Below the pieces are notes generated by a model, which was not told the DNA's origin, ran no database searches, and was given only the letters and a program-made list of their open reading frames with translations. The position numbers and the translations under genes were made by a program. A stretch of DNA of 64,000 nt from Candidatus Limnocylindria bacterium (GTDB lineage: Bacteria > Chloroflexota > Limnocylindria > QHBO01), in the NCBI GenBank assembly GCA_050692055.1, contig JBOGTC010000039.1, forward strand, positions 8,060 through 72,059, written 5' to 3'. Every line of letters begins with the position of its first letter. Position 1 is the first letter of the stretch. Shown here piece by piece: positions 1 to 9,433 of this stretch.

Positions 1-2
1 AC

Positions 3-56
3 CGCGCCCAGGGCATGGACCTGTCCGTCCAGGTGATCGGTCCCGAGATCCCCTGA
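3..56 (+). CDS. 3' end of a CDS entering from the left edge (…RAQGMDLSVQVIGPEIP*)
   Basis: Open frame from position 3 to TGA at 54-56, read by hand; too short to identify. Confidence 0.4.
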   Translation, partial: RAQGMDLSVQVIGPEIP

Positions 57-132
57 CGCTCCAGCCCAAGCCGCGGCCCGTGACGTCTTCGGCATCAGGT
101 GCGACGCGGCCTTCGGCGAGAGCAGCCGGTCA

Positions 133-339
133 GTTGCCACCTGCCAATCAGGATCGGCTTAAGCACACCGCGGGGAGAAATCTGCCCATCTCCGGCGACC
201 TGGTGAGCGTGCACCGACCGTGCAGCTGGATCGATCAGCCCCGTGAGTTCGCCGAAGCCGGCGGTGGTTGGCAGGTGGCAACGCGGAGCGCCGGAAGGCG
301 GGTTAACCCGGCGGTGGTTGGCAGGTGGCAACGCGGAGC
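133..339. repeat. REP-like element: 18-bp inverted arms plus a duplicated right arm
   Basis: GTTGCCACCTGCCAATCA (133-150) is 17/18 reverse-complementary to TGGTTGGCAGGTGGCAAC (265-282); a 32-nt block with the right arm repeats 50 nt later (258-289 and 308-339). Confidence 0.85.
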
Positions 340-393
340 ACCCGAAGGCCACAAACCCTCACGCTCCGGCCAGGGCCGCGCTAGCCTTCCGGC

Positions 394-684
394 ATGACGC
401 AGCGTCGCCGGCTCGATCAGCTGACGGACCGATGGCGCGCCCGGCACGACGCCCGCCGTTCCGCCGCCACCGAGCGGCCGATGGCCGATCCGGAGCGCGA
501 GACCCTGGCGCGCGAGGCGTTCCCTTACCACGAGCTGGCTCCCGCGGAGTACGTGGAGCGCCACGGCCACGACATGCCCGGCTTCACGTACGACGACGCT
601 CGCTACGCCGATCCCGAGCTCGACGCCTGGCTGGCCGAGGTTGGCCGCCTGCTGCGGGAGCGCAGGATCGCCAATGACCGATGA
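394..684 (+). CDS. Small hypothetical protein (start possibly at 481, MADPERE)
   Basis: Acidic/aromatic protein-like sequence (AFPYHELAPAEYVERHGHDMPGFTYDDARY); stop overlaps the next start (ATGA 681-684). Confidence 0.65.
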   Translation: MTQRRRLDQLTDRWRARHDARRSAATERPMADPERETLAREAFPYHELAPAEYVERHGHDMPGFTYDDARYADPELDAWLAEVGRLLRERRIANDR

Positions 685-1319
685 AGGCCTCCGCCGGAAC
701 TCCGCGCTGGGCGGTCGAGCTGACGGCGGCTGTCTGCGCCGATGCGGAGATCGCGCCGCCCTCGCGCCTCCTCTGGCGTCGCCGCCGGGGCGAGCACTCG
801 ACCGGAGTCACGCGACGGGCGGAGGGCATCGTGGCCGTCCGTGCCGGCAGCGACGAGCTCGATCACCGTCTGACGCTCCTTCACGAGCTGGCTCATTGGC
901 TGGTGCCGATACGACGCCGGGCGCGTGGCCGGCGCCGCCCTGAGCACCACGGCCGGGCATTCTACGCCATCGCGTTCGATCTCTACCTGCGCTACGGGCT
1001 CACGGCTCCGGAGGCGCTGGACCGCGAGTCATCGCGCTACCCGAGCTCGCTGCGCCATGCAGCTGCGCTGGGCATCGTGGGCGCCGCCGCGGCGCTGGCT
1101 CACCGGCGCACCACGTTGCGCGACCGCCCCCGCCGGAAGTGGCGCGTCCTCGTGCCCGAGCATGCCATCCGCCTGGAGCGGGATGGACGCTGGGCCGTGT
1201 GCGGCGTCTGCCGCCAGCGGATGGTGGGCCTGCACCTGCAACGGGCGCGGCGATCGCGACGCCCGATGCGCCACGTGCTCATGACCGGTCACGGAACGAT
1301 GGGTGAGCCCGGCGCCTGA
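681..1319 (+). CDS. SprT/YgjP-like zincin metalloprotease with C-terminal CxxC
   Basis: LLHELAH (HExxH), downstream EHHGRAF third-ligand motif, C-terminal CGVC. Confidence 0.7.
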   Translation: MKASAGTPRWAVELTAAVCADAEIAPPSRLLWRRRRGEHSTGVTRRAEGIVAVRAGSDELDHRLTLLHELAHWLVPIRRRARGRRRPEHHGRAFYAIAFDLYLRYGLTAPEALDRESSRYPSSLRHAAALGIVGAAAALAHRRTTLRDRPRRKWRVLVPEHAIRLERDGRWAVCGVCRQRMVGLHLQRARRSRRPMRHVLMTGHGTMGEPGA

Positions 1320-1397
1320 TGTGACGATCCCGGCACGGGGTGACGGTGACAAGTCGGCGTTTCCATCGGTAGATGGCGGAGCCGCGCCGCTCGCGAC

Positions 1398-2324
1398 TCA
1401 GGAGGCCGTGACCGCCACTCGCTCCCGCGCCATGGACGCTGCTCGACCGAGCTCCGCGACGGCCTCTGGCGTGTGCGGCCAGAGATGCACGATGAGATGC
1501 TCGATGTTCCGGTCGCGGTATCCGGCCAACGCCGTCGCGACCTCCTCCGCATTGCCGCGCATCGCGCGCTTGGGCGCGCCGTCCACATCGCCGAGATGGG
1601 GGAAGACGACGAAGATCCCGGCCGTCAGCGTCAGCGTGGCGGGATCACGGCCAGCCTCGTCGAGCGCGGCTCGCAGCCGGCCGAGCCGCTCGTCGAGCTC
1701 CGAGGCATCACCCGGGTCGCCGTACCAGGCCGCGTTCCAGGCATCGGCATGGCGGGCGACCAGCTGCAGCATGCGCGGCTGCTTGCCGGCGATGAGGATC
1801 GGCGGACCATCCGGGCGCGGCCCGCGGGGCGTCAGGGCGGCATCCGAGGCACGGTGCCACCGGCCGCTGAAGTCGGACCGGCCGGTGCGCAGCAGCGGCA
1901 CGATGATGTTCAGGGCTTCCTCGAAGCGGCCGACGCGGTGGTCGAACGGGTAGCCAAAGGCGTCGAACTCCGGCTCGTGCCAGCCGCAGCCGAGGCCCAG
2001 GATCAGGCGCCCGCCGCTCACCTCGTCGAGCGTGGCGGCCATCTTGGCGGTGAGCGCCGGGTTTCGGAAGGGAACAGCCAGCACCAGCGGCCCAATCTCG
2101 ACGCGCTCGGTCACCGCAGCCACCGCCGTCAGGATGGTCCAGATCTCGTGGATGCCGGTCGTGCCCTCCTCGCCCGGGGAGCGGAACAGGAGGTGATCGG
2201 CGCCCCACACCGAGTCGAGAGCGTGCTCTTCGGCGGCGAGCGCCAGCGCACCCAGCTCCGCGAAGGACGGTGGGCGGCCGAGTTTCTCGTCCTCGCCCAG
2301 GGGCAGCATCAGTCCAATCTTCAT
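1398..2324 (-). CDS. LLM-class flavin-dependent oxidoreductase
   Basis: Luciferase-like motifs DSVWGADH, RNPALTAKMAATLDEVSGGRLILGLGCGW, PILIAG. Confidence 0.92.
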   Translation of the reverse strand: MKIGLMLPLGEDEKLGRPPSFAELGALALAAEEHALDSVWGADHLLFRSPGEEGTTGIHEIWTILTAVAAVTERVEIGPLVLAVPFRNPALTAKMAATLDEVSGGRLILGLGCGWHEPEFDAFGYPFDHRVGRFEEALNIIVPLLRTGRSDFSGRWHRASDAALTPRGPRPDGPPILIAGKQPRMLQLVARHADAWNAAWYGDPGDASELDERLGRLRAALDEAGRDPATLTLTAGIFVVFPHLGDVDGAPKRAMRGNAEEVATALAGYRDRNIEHLIVHLWPHTPEAVAELGRAASMARERVAVTAS

Positions 2325-2377
2325 CGGTCAATGCTAGCGGCGCGCAGCGCCGCCATCGGTCTAGGCTTGCCTGACTC

Positions 2378-3520
2378 ATGACCGATGCGCCGAACCTGCC
2401 CCTGGCGGGCGTCCGCGTGCTGGACTGCAGCCGGGTCCTCGCCGGGCCGTTCGCCACGATGCTGCTCGCGGACCTCGGCGCCGACGTCATCAAGATCGAG
2501 CCGCCCGACGGCGATGAGAGCCGAGCCTGGGGCCCGCCGTGGTGGGGCGATCCGGCGGATCGGCGCAGCGCCTACTTCGCAGCCGTGAACCGGAACAAGC
2601 GCAGCGTCGTGGTCGACCTGCGGACCGATGACGGTCGCGCCGTGCTGGACGGTCTCGCAGCGAGCGCGGATCTGCTGGTGCACAACTACCGACCGGGGAC
2701 CGCGGAACGCCTGGGCCTGGGCACCGATGCGCTCGCCGCGCGCCACCCGCGCCTCATCGTCGCCAGCGTGGGCGGCTTTCCCGGAGCCGATGCGGAGCGC
2801 CCCGCCTACGACCTGCTGGCGCAGGCGGTGAGTGGCCTGATGGCGGTGACGGGGGAGCCGGATCGGCCGCCGGTGAAGGTGGGCGTGGCCGTGCTCGACC
2901 TCATCGCCGGGCTGGAGTGCGCGGTGGGTGCTCTGGCGGTGCTGGCCGGGCGTGGACGGCGATCAGCCGCAGTCGCATCGGTCGAGGTCAGCCTGGTCGA
3001 GGCCGGCGTGACGTCGCTGATCAACGTGCTGGGCAACCATCTCGCCTCGGGCGTGGAGCCCGGCCGCCACGGCAGTGCCCATCCGAACATCGCGCCGTAC
3101 CAGGCGTTCGCCGCCCGCGACGGCGAGCTCGTCATCGCGGTGGGCAACGACGCGCAGTTCACGCGCCTGCTCGGCGTCCTGGGCCTGGAGGATCCGGGTG
3201 GGCTGTACGCCGGAAATTCTGGTCGGCTGGCGCGCCGCGAGGAGCTCGTCGCCTGGCTGCGTGACGCCGTGGCACTGCGCGATCGCGACGAGCTCGTGGC
3301 TGCGCTCGCCGCCGCGGACGTGCCCGCCGGGCCAGTCAACAGCGTGGGCGAGGCGCTGGCCGCCATGGAGGCCGCGCATCCCGACGGCTGGGTCGAGGAG
3401 GGCGACGGCCTGCGGACCGCGCCGACCCCGATCCGGGTCGCTGGTCACCGACCGGCGATGCGCCTTCCACCTCCCCGGCTGGGCGAGCACACCGACGAGA
3501 TCCTGAGAAGCGGGTGGTAG
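2378..3520 (+). CDS. CaiB/BaiF family (class III) CoA-transferase
   Basis: LAGVRVLD..RVLAGPF..MLLADLGADVIKIE, NRNKRS, HNYRPG, PAYDLLAQA, HPNIAPY. Confidence 0.95.
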   Translation: MTDAPNLPLAGVRVLDCSRVLAGPFATMLLADLGADVIKIEPPDGDESRAWGPPWWGDPADRRSAYFAAVNRNKRSVVVDLRTDDGRAVLDGLAASADLLVHNYRPGTAERLGLGTDALAARHPRLIVASVGGFPGADAERPAYDLLAQAVSGLMAVTGEPDRPPVKVGVAVLDLIAGLECAVGALAVLAGRGRRSAAVASVEVSLVEAGVTSLINVLGNHLASGVEPGRHGSAHPNIAPYQAFAARDGELVIAVGNDAQFTRLLGVLGLEDPGGLYAGNSGRLARREELVAWLRDAVALRDRDELVAALAAADVPAGPVNSVGEALAAMEAAHPDGWVEEGDGLRTAPTPIRVAGHRPAMRLPPPRLGEHTDEILRSGW

Positions 3521-3556
3521 GAGGACTCCTGCGCGCGCGGCGAGTCGGCCCGCTGG

Positions 3557-3652
3557 CTATGTCGGCGCTGCCACCAGCGACGAGAGGAGCGCGACCAGGA
3601 TCGCGGCGACCACGAACGGAATCGCGATGAGCATGGAGCGGACCAACTGCAT
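3557..3652 (-). CDS. 31-aa hydrophobic microprotein (MQLVRSMLIAIPFVVAAILVALLSSLVAAPT)
   Basis: Read by hand; ATG 3 nt after the stop of 3656-3868; one TM helix; last gene of the psp-like operon. Confidence 0.55.
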   Translation of the reverse strand: MQLVRSMLIAIPFVVAAILVALLSSLVAAPT

Positions 3653-3655
3653 CGG

Positions 3656-3868
3656 TCAGGCGTCCGGCGGAGGCTCATTGGCGGGGCGGCTTCCGGAGGA
3701 TCGCGCGGCCACGAGCAGCACCCCACCCAGGCCGATGGCCACGGGCGGGCCGGCCCAGGCCATCGACACCGCCCCGATGCCGCCGGTGAGCAGGACCAGG
3801 CCGATGGCGGAGAAGAGCAGGCCAAATGCCAGCGAGAGCAGGTCGGCCGCGTGGCGGGCCATCGTCAT
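3656..3868 (-). CDS. Small two-TM membrane protein of the PspC locus
   Basis: Two hydrophobic segments; overlaps the stop of the PspC gene. Confidence 0.75.
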   Translation of the reverse strand: MTMARHAADLLSLAFGLLFSAIGLVLLTGGIGAVSMAWAGPPVAIGLGGVLLVAARSSGSRPANEPPPDA

Positions 3869-5025
3869 CGGCCTCCCAACGGGCCACCCTCGACGATGAG
3901 CTCACCGATCCCGGTCTCCAGATCCAGGTCGAACGCGGGGCCCTCGCTGCCGTCGCGGACGTAGCGGTCCGCCAGAGCGGTTCCGGCATGGCGCGTGCCC
4001 AGCACGAGCATGTCTCCGGCGCCCACCCGGGCATCGACCCGGATGGCGGCGTCGACCGGCAGGATCACCCGCAGCTGGCCGAGCGCCACGCTCACGGCGA
4101 CCAGGATCGGCTCACCGGTGGCTTCCACGGCCGTGAGGTCCAGCACGACGCGCCCACCGACCAGTCGGTACGCATCTCGCAGCTCGGCGGCGTTGGCCGG
4201 CGCGAAGCGATGGTCGCCGACGCCCCCCTCGATCGGCGCGGTCACGAAGCTGGCGACGACGGCGAACGGCAGCAACAGCAGCCCGCGCAGAATCAGCAGG
4301 CGCGCCCGTCCCCACCAGGTACCGATCACCAGGCCGATGCCGAGCACGCCCAGCGCGACGCCGAAGAACTGCCCCGGATCCGCCTCGATGCCGAGGATGG
4401 TGGTAGCGAGCGCCAGCAGGCCAACGGCACCGAGCATTGCGCCGAGGACGTACTCGCCCAACGGCGAGGGAGGTCGCTGTTCGCGGCGCCTGGCCGGTGC
4501 AGCCGGCAGCGTCGCCGCCGCCGCGGTCGAGGCCGCCGGGCGGACGGGCTGAGCCACCGGCTGAGAGGTCGCGGCCATGGGTCGCTCGCCCTGCCGCAGC
4601 AGGGCAACGCCGGCCACGATGACCACGAATGCGACCGCCGCGGTGGGAACGAAGCTCCCCACGATCGCATTGTTCAATGCGGCGATGATCAGCACTCCCC
4701 CGATGAGGAGCAGCAGGACCGCGGCGAGACGGCTGGGGCTGAGGCCGAGCCGCGCGAGGGCCTGCTCGGCGATCGACTCGTCGCGCTCCTCGTTCGGCAG
4801 CAAGAGCCACGCGCCGACGTAGAGCACCAGCCCAAGGCCGCCGAAGACCATGAGGCCAACGAAGGCGATCCGGATCAGCAGCGGGTCGACGTTGAGGAAG
4901 TCGCCCAGGCCGCCGGCGACACCGGCGATGACCCGATCCGTGGAGCGGCGACGCAGCACACGCCCGGTCGGAGTCGACGAGGCCGTTCCGGCCGCCCGTG
5001 TGGAATCGGTCTGCTCGGTCGTCAT
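3865..5025 (-). CDS. pspC: PspC-domain protein with C-terminal LiaF/DUF2154-like domain
   Basis: LRRRSTDRVIAGVAGGLGDFLNVDPLLIRIAFV PspC signature; TM segments; C-terminal repeats LDLT..VALGQLRVILP..VGAGDM. Confidence 0.88.
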   Translation of the reverse strand: MTTEQTDSTRAAGTASSTPTGRVLRRRSTDRVIAGVAGGLGDFLNVDPLLIRIAFVGLMVFGGLGLVLYVGAWLLLPNEERDESIAEQALARLGLSPSRLAAVLLLLIGGVLIIAALNNAIVGSFVPTAAVAFVVIVAGVALLRQGERPMAATSQPVAQPVRPAASTAAAATLPAAPARRREQRPPSPLGEYVLGAMLGAVGLLALATTILGIEADPGQFFGVALGVLGIGLVIGTWWGRARLLILRGLLLLPFAVVASFVTAPIEGGVGDHRFAPANAAELRDAYRLVGGRVVLDLTAVEATGEPILVAVSVALGQLRVILPVDAAIRVDARVGAGDMLVLGTRHAGTALADRYVRDGSEGPAFDLDLETGIGELIVEGGPLGGR

Positions 5026-5158
5026 CGGTCCTCATCATCCGTCGCGGCGCGGCGTGCTGACCATCGGGGAGAACCCCTGCTCGACCCTGAGTCGCGGCTC
5101 CCCAGGTCCAGGTCTTCACCCATCGTGCCGCGCGTGGCCGGTGTGCGAACATGCCTTC

Positions 5159-6415
5159 ATGGCGCAGGTCAACGTCCGGCGAGGGCCCGCCGACCCGGCG
5201 GCGTCGCGCGGCGGCGTGCGCTCACGGCTCGAACGCAGCGCGACCGATCGCGTCATCGCCGGCGTCGCCGGCGGCATCGCTCGGCACCTCGGCATCGGTC
5301 CGCTCTTCGTGCGGATCGGGTTCATCGGCCTCTCGTTCGCGTTGGGGTTCGGCGTGGTCGTCTATCTGCTGACCTGGCTGCTTGCGCCGCTCGAGGAGGC
5401 CGGCGCGGACGACGTCCCGGCTCGCCGCGTCATTGCGCCCACGAGGAGCCAGATCCTGGGGATCGCCCTGGTGGCGGGAGGGCTCCTCGTGCTGCTCTGG
5501 ATCTCAGGCTTCTGGTTCGGCGGCGACCTCGGGTGGCCGGTCGTGCTCGCCGCCGTGGGCTTCGCGATCCTCTGGGCGCGTAGCAGCGAAGATGGCGGCG
5601 GACGCTGGACGCTCTCGAGTCTGGGCACGCCACTGGAGTCCGTCGTCGGCGGAAGGGTGTCGCTGCCGCGGATCGCGATGGGCAGCATCCTGATCCTGGC
5701 CGGCATGACGGTCTTTCTCGCCACCAACACCACGCTCGCCGCGGCGGGCAACATGCTGCTGGCGGTGATCGTGGCCATCGGCGGCCTGGCCCTCATCCTG
5801 GGCCCATGGGTCTGGAGCATGGGCCGCGAGTTGGTCGAGGAGCGCAGCACCAGGGTCCGTTCCGAGGCGCGGGCCGAGATGGCCGCTCATCTCCACGATT
5901 CGGTGCTGCAGACGCTGGCCCTGATCCAGCGCTCGAAGATGCCGCGGGAGATGGTGAGCCTGGCGCGAACGCAGGAGCGCGAGCTGCGAGCCTGGCTGTA
6001 CGGACGCGCGCCCACGCTGGCCGGCGTGCGGCTGCGCGATGCGATCGATGCGATGGCCGGCCGCATCGAGCGGCAGCACCAGGTGAGCGTCGAGGCGGTG
6101 GTCGTCGGTGATGCCGACCTGGATGACCACCTGCGGGCGCTGGTCAACGCGTGTGCCGAGGCCGTCGCCAATGCCGCCCGGCACTCGGGCACCACGGCCT
6201 TCTCGGTCTATGTCGAGGTCGAGGAGGACGCTGTCAGCGCGTTCGTTCGAGACCACGGCGCCGGGTTCGATCCGTCGGCGGTTCCTGGCGATCGGCGCGG
6301 CATCGCGGATTCGATCGTCGGTCGGATGGAGCGCCGAGGCGGCACCGCGCACGTGCACAGCCGTCCCGGCGCCGGAACCGAGGTGGTCCTGCAGCTGCCG
6401 CGGTTACCCTCATGA
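5159..6415 (+). CDS. PspC-domain sensor histidine kinase (HisKA_3 type)
   Basis: N-terminal PspC motif, TM region, H-box AHLHDSVLQTL, N-box EAVANAARH, G-boxes DHGAGF and GAGT; start chosen at MAQVNV. Confidence 0.92.
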   Translation: MAQVNVRRGPADPAASRGGVRSRLERSATDRVIAGVAGGIARHLGIGPLFVRIGFIGLSFALGFGVVVYLLTWLLAPLEEAGADDVPARRVIAPTRSQILGIALVAGGLLVLLWISGFWFGGDLGWPVVLAAVGFAILWARSSEDGGGRWTLSSLGTPLESVVGGRVSLPRIAMGSILILAGMTVFLATNTTLAAAGNMLLAVIVAIGGLALILGPWVWSMGRELVEERSTRVRSEARAEMAAHLHDSVLQTLALIQRSKMPREMVSLARTQERELRAWLYGRAPTLAGVRLRDAIDAMAGRIERQHQVSVEAVVVGDADLDDHLRALVNACAEAVANAARHSGTTAFSVYVEVEEDAVSAFVRDHGAGFDPSAVPGDRRGIADSIVGRMERRGGTAHVHSRPGAGTEVVLQLPRLPS

Positions 6416-7047
6416 CGGCGCGCGTCTTCGTGGTGGACGACCACGAGCTGTTCCGCTCGGGCGTCCGACTGGAGCTCGGGCGCGACCTGGAGATCGTCGG
6501 CGACGCCGGATCGGTCGAGGAGGCCGTGCCGGCCATCCTGGAGCGGGAGCCCGATGTCGTGCTCCTTGACGTGCACATGGCCGGCGGCGGCGGTCGTGCC
6601 GTGATCGAGACGGTGCGCGCCGAGCGGCCGGACGTGCGGTTCCTGGCGCTCTCGGTCTCGGATGCGGCCGAGGACGTGATCGGCATCATCCGCGCCGGGG
6701 CCCGAGGCTACGTCACGAAGTCCATCTCGGCCGAGGAGCTCGCGCTGGCGGTGCGCCGCATCCATGACGGCGACGCCGTCTTCTCACCGCGCCTCGCGGG
6801 GTTTGTGCTGGATGCCTTCGCCGGGGAGGCGCCCCAGCCGCTCGACCCGGAGCTCGACCTCCTGAGTCGCCGCGAGCGCGAGGTGCTGCGCTACATCGCG
6901 CGCGGCTACGCCTACAAGGAGGTCGCGCACGAGCTCCACATCTCCATCAAGACGGTCGAGACGCACGTATCGGCGGTGCTGCGCAAGCTCCAGCTCTCGA
7001 ACCGATACGAGCTGACGCGCTGGGCCGCCGACCGTCGACTGGTGTGA
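6412..7047 (+). CDS. NarL/LuxR-family response regulator
   Basis: VVDDH, DVVLLD, GYVTK receiver motifs; LSRREREVL..KTVETH HTH; ATGA overlap with the kinase. Confidence 0.95.
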   Translation: MTARVFVVDDHELFRSGVRLELGRDLEIVGDAGSVEEAVPAILEREPDVVLLDVHMAGGGGRAVIETVRAERPDVRFLALSVSDAAEDVIGIIRAGARGYVTKSISAEELALAVRRIHDGDAVFSPRLAGFVLDAFAGEAPQPLDPELDLLSRREREVLRYIARGYAYKEVAHELHISIKTVETHVSAVLRKLQLSNRYELTRWAADRRLV

Positions 7048-7050
7048 GGT

Positions 7051-7126
7051 TGGAGCGGGAGACGGGGATCGAACCCGCGACATTCAGCTTGGAAGGCTGA
7101 CGCTCTGCCAACTGAGCTACTCCCGC
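7051..7126 (-). tRNA. tRNA-Gly(TCC)
   Basis: GCGGGAGTAGCTCAGTTGGCAGAGCGTCAGCCTTCCAAGCTGAATGTCGCGGGTTCGATCCCCGTCTCCCGCTCCA: 76-nt cloverleaf, anticodon TCC, encoded CCA. Confidence 0.97.
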
Positions 7127-7208
7127 GCAGCATCAGGATACGCGATCGCCTCGTTCTGGAGGCGCTCGCAGCCAGCTGCGTGTTACGGCGCTGCTTGGCA
7201 GCGACCGG

Positions 7209-8786
7209 TCAGCAGCCGGCCGTGCTCGGCCGATTCGAGGCGTTCGGGTCGCCGTAGGGGGCCACGAACACGATCATCTCGCCGGATGGGCCGAGCGAGG
7301 CATCGGTGATGACGCCGTCCGGCGGCAGGACGTGGACCTCGCTCACACCCCGGGCCGGCGCAGTGGTGATCTCGAGCCGCCACGACAGCCGCAGGTGGCC
7401 GCGCGCCTTGAGCTCGACCTCCGCCTCGGACGGCTGGAGCTCCTCGATCCTGCTGCAGTGCAGAGCCTGACCGGGTCCGAAGGCGGAGAACTGCGGCGCG
7501 GCCGGCGCGTCAGGGTCGGCGCCGCACAGCACCTGCGCCACCGAGCAGCTCACCCAGGCGGTATGGACCGAGGGGATCTCGACGACCGGCGTGCCCGACA
7601 GGTCGATCTCGAGCGTGCCCCCGCCGTCCAGGACGCTGAGACGGCGGCCGTCGGGAGAGAAGCGCGGCCGGAGGCCGTCGGCCACGCGGGCGACCGCGCC
7701 ATCGGCCACCGTCATGACGAAGACGCCGTCGTCACCGCGGTCGAAGGCGATGCGGCTGGCGTCGGGACTGACGTCGACGCTGCCTGCATCCTCGATCGTG
7801 GCGAGCACGGCATCGGTCTCAGCGACGCGGTGGATGACGGTCGCGTCGTCCGCATCGGTGCGATAGGCGACCGATCCGTCGGCCAGCGGCACCGGCCCGT
7901 AGGCGTCGGTCGAGGGGCTGACCGCGAGCGCCGAGCCATCGGCCGGGTCGATCACCACCACCATCGAGACCGATGGGGAGACCGGCTCGTCGACCGCGGT
8001 GCCGACCAGCGTGCCGTCGCGCCCGTAGCGCAGGCCGGAACCGAAGCGCAGCTCCTCGCCATCAACGTCCACCGAGCGCGCCAGCCGCGTCGGCTCGGTG
8101 CCCATCACGTCGATGCGCCATAGCGCGCCATTGCCGTCAGTGGCCATGAGCGTGGTGCCGTCGGGGGCGAACGCGGCGGCCAGCGTGGCAGGGCCATCCG
8201 GGCCGGGCAGCTCGATCTCGACGGCGCTGCCATCTGCGCGCAGCTGGAGCGGTCCGCTGTCGAGTCCCGGCCGGCTCACGCTGGCGCTGAGCGCGCCGCC
8301 GCCGCCGATGTCGAGCAGGCGACCGGCCTCATCGAACGGCTCGAGCGCGGTCGAGCTCTGGGGCAGCGCGGCCGGCACGACTGCCTGCCAGGCCAGCTCC
8401 GGGGACGCGCCACCGCCCAGACCGAGGCCCTCCCCGCCGGGGCGTGGCGCTTCGGGGCCGAACCCGACCGGCGCCAGGCGGAGCCCGCCGAGTGTCAGCA
8501 CCGCGGCGACCAGCACGGTCAGCACCGCGCCGGCGACGGGAAGCGCCAGTGCCGGGCTCCAGCGCCAGGGGCGCCTGCCCGGCAGCAGCAGCGGGTCGCT
8601 GCCCAGCGGCTCGCTGACCAGGCCGCGGCCGACTCGCGCCAGCGACCCGTCGAACTCGCGCATCCAGCTCGCGATGGCGCCGCACTCGGCGCACGCGTCG
8701 AGGTGCGGATCGCGCAGCGTGGCCTCACTGCGCCGCGGGTCGAGCAGCCCGTCCCAGGTGCGGGCGGTGCGCCGGCAATGGCTCAT
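7209..8786 (-). CDS. Anti-sigma factor: ZAS/zf-HC2 domain, TM helix, extracytoplasmic TolB/PD40-like beta-propeller
   Basis: HLDACAEC (HxxxCxxC), one TM helix, repeats AFAPDG, VSPDASRIAF, FSPDGRRL; overlaps the sigma stop. Confidence 0.82.
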   Translation of the reverse strand: MSHCRRTARTWDGLLDPRRSEATLRDPHLDACAECGAIASWMREFDGSLARVGRGLVSEPLGSDPLLLPGRRPWRWSPALALPVAGAVLTVLVAAVLTLGGLRLAPVGFGPEAPRPGGEGLGLGGGASPELAWQAVVPAALPQSSTALEPFDEAGRLLDIGGGGALSASVSRPGLDSGPLQLRADGSAVEIELPGPDGPATLAAAFAPDGTTLMATDGNGALWRIDVMGTEPTRLARSVDVDGEELRFGSGLRYGRDGTLVGTAVDEPVSPSVSMVVVIDPADGSALAVSPSTDAYGPVPLADGSVAYRTDADDATVIHRVAETDAVLATIEDAGSVDVSPDASRIAFDRGDDGVFVMTVADGAVARVADGLRPRFSPDGRRLSVLDGGGTLEIDLSGTPVVEIPSVHTAWVSCSVAQVLCGADPDAPAAPQFSAFGPGQALHCSRIEELQPSEAEVELKARGHLRLSWRLEITTAPARGVSEVHVLPPDGVITDASLGPSGEMIVFVAPYGDPNASNRPSTAGC

Positions 8787-9298
8787 CGTTCGGCCTCCAG
8801 CAGCGCCTGCTGCAGGCGCCTGCGGGTGCGGGCGATGATGGTGCGCACGTTGGTGTGGCTCAGCGATAGGATGGTGGCGATCTCCTCCAGACCGTAGCCG
8901 TGGCCGTAGTGCAGGACGAGCACGGTGCGCTGACGCGGCGGCAGCTCCTCGACCAGCTCGCGCAGTGCCACGTCGCGCTCGGTGCGACTCCTGGCCATGT
9001 ACTCGAGCGGCTCGGGCGAGGCCAGCGGCCGGAGGCGCCGGTGATGGTCGTAGCAGCGGTTGACCGCGATGCGCTTGACCCACGCCTCGAACAGCCGCTC
9101 GTCGTGGAGCTGGTGCAGTCTGCGGCTGGCAAGCAGGTAGGCATCCTGCACGGCATCCTCCGCTTCGCCGTCCCCGATCAGCGACGCGCAGATACGCAGC
9201 AGCTTGGGTCGGAGGGCGGCGAACCGTGTCTCCAGTGATTCCGCGTCGAGGCGTCCTTCGACGGGCGACTCGCCCAACCTCTCGGCGGGCTCAGACAT
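8783..9298 (-). CDS. ECF (sigma-70 group 4) RNA polymerase sigma factor
   Basis: AEDAVQDAY, FEAWVKRIAVNRCYD, LPPRQRTVLVLHY..EEIATIL; start chosen at MSEPAE. Confidence 0.92.
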   Translation of the reverse strand: MSEPAERLGESPVEGRLDAESLETRFAALRPKLLRICASLIGDGEAEDAVQDAYLLASRRLHQLHDERLFEAWVKRIAVNRCYDHHRRLRPLASPEPLEYMARSRTERDVALRELVEELPPRQRTVLVLHYGHGYGLEEIATILSLSHTNVRTIIARTRRRLQQALLEAER

Positions 9299-9433
9299 TG
9301 ATTCCCCCCGACGCACCGCGGACGTGGAATGTGGCACGCCATCGAAAGAACGCTGTCAGCGAGGCGGCTGCCTGACCTCTGGGCACCAGGGAATGGTCAC
9401 ACGTCCCCGGCCATAGTCCAGGCGCTGCCATTC

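Noticed and set aside
170-375. Tandem glycine riboswitch (GGAG…CCGAAGG-like motifs)
   Set aside because: No CTCTCAGG motif; the duplication is better explained by repeat arms; the downstream gene is unrelated to glycine metabolism
7051-7126. tRNA-Gly as an integration site for an island
   Set aside because: No integrase nearby and no duplicated tRNA 3' end seen in the window
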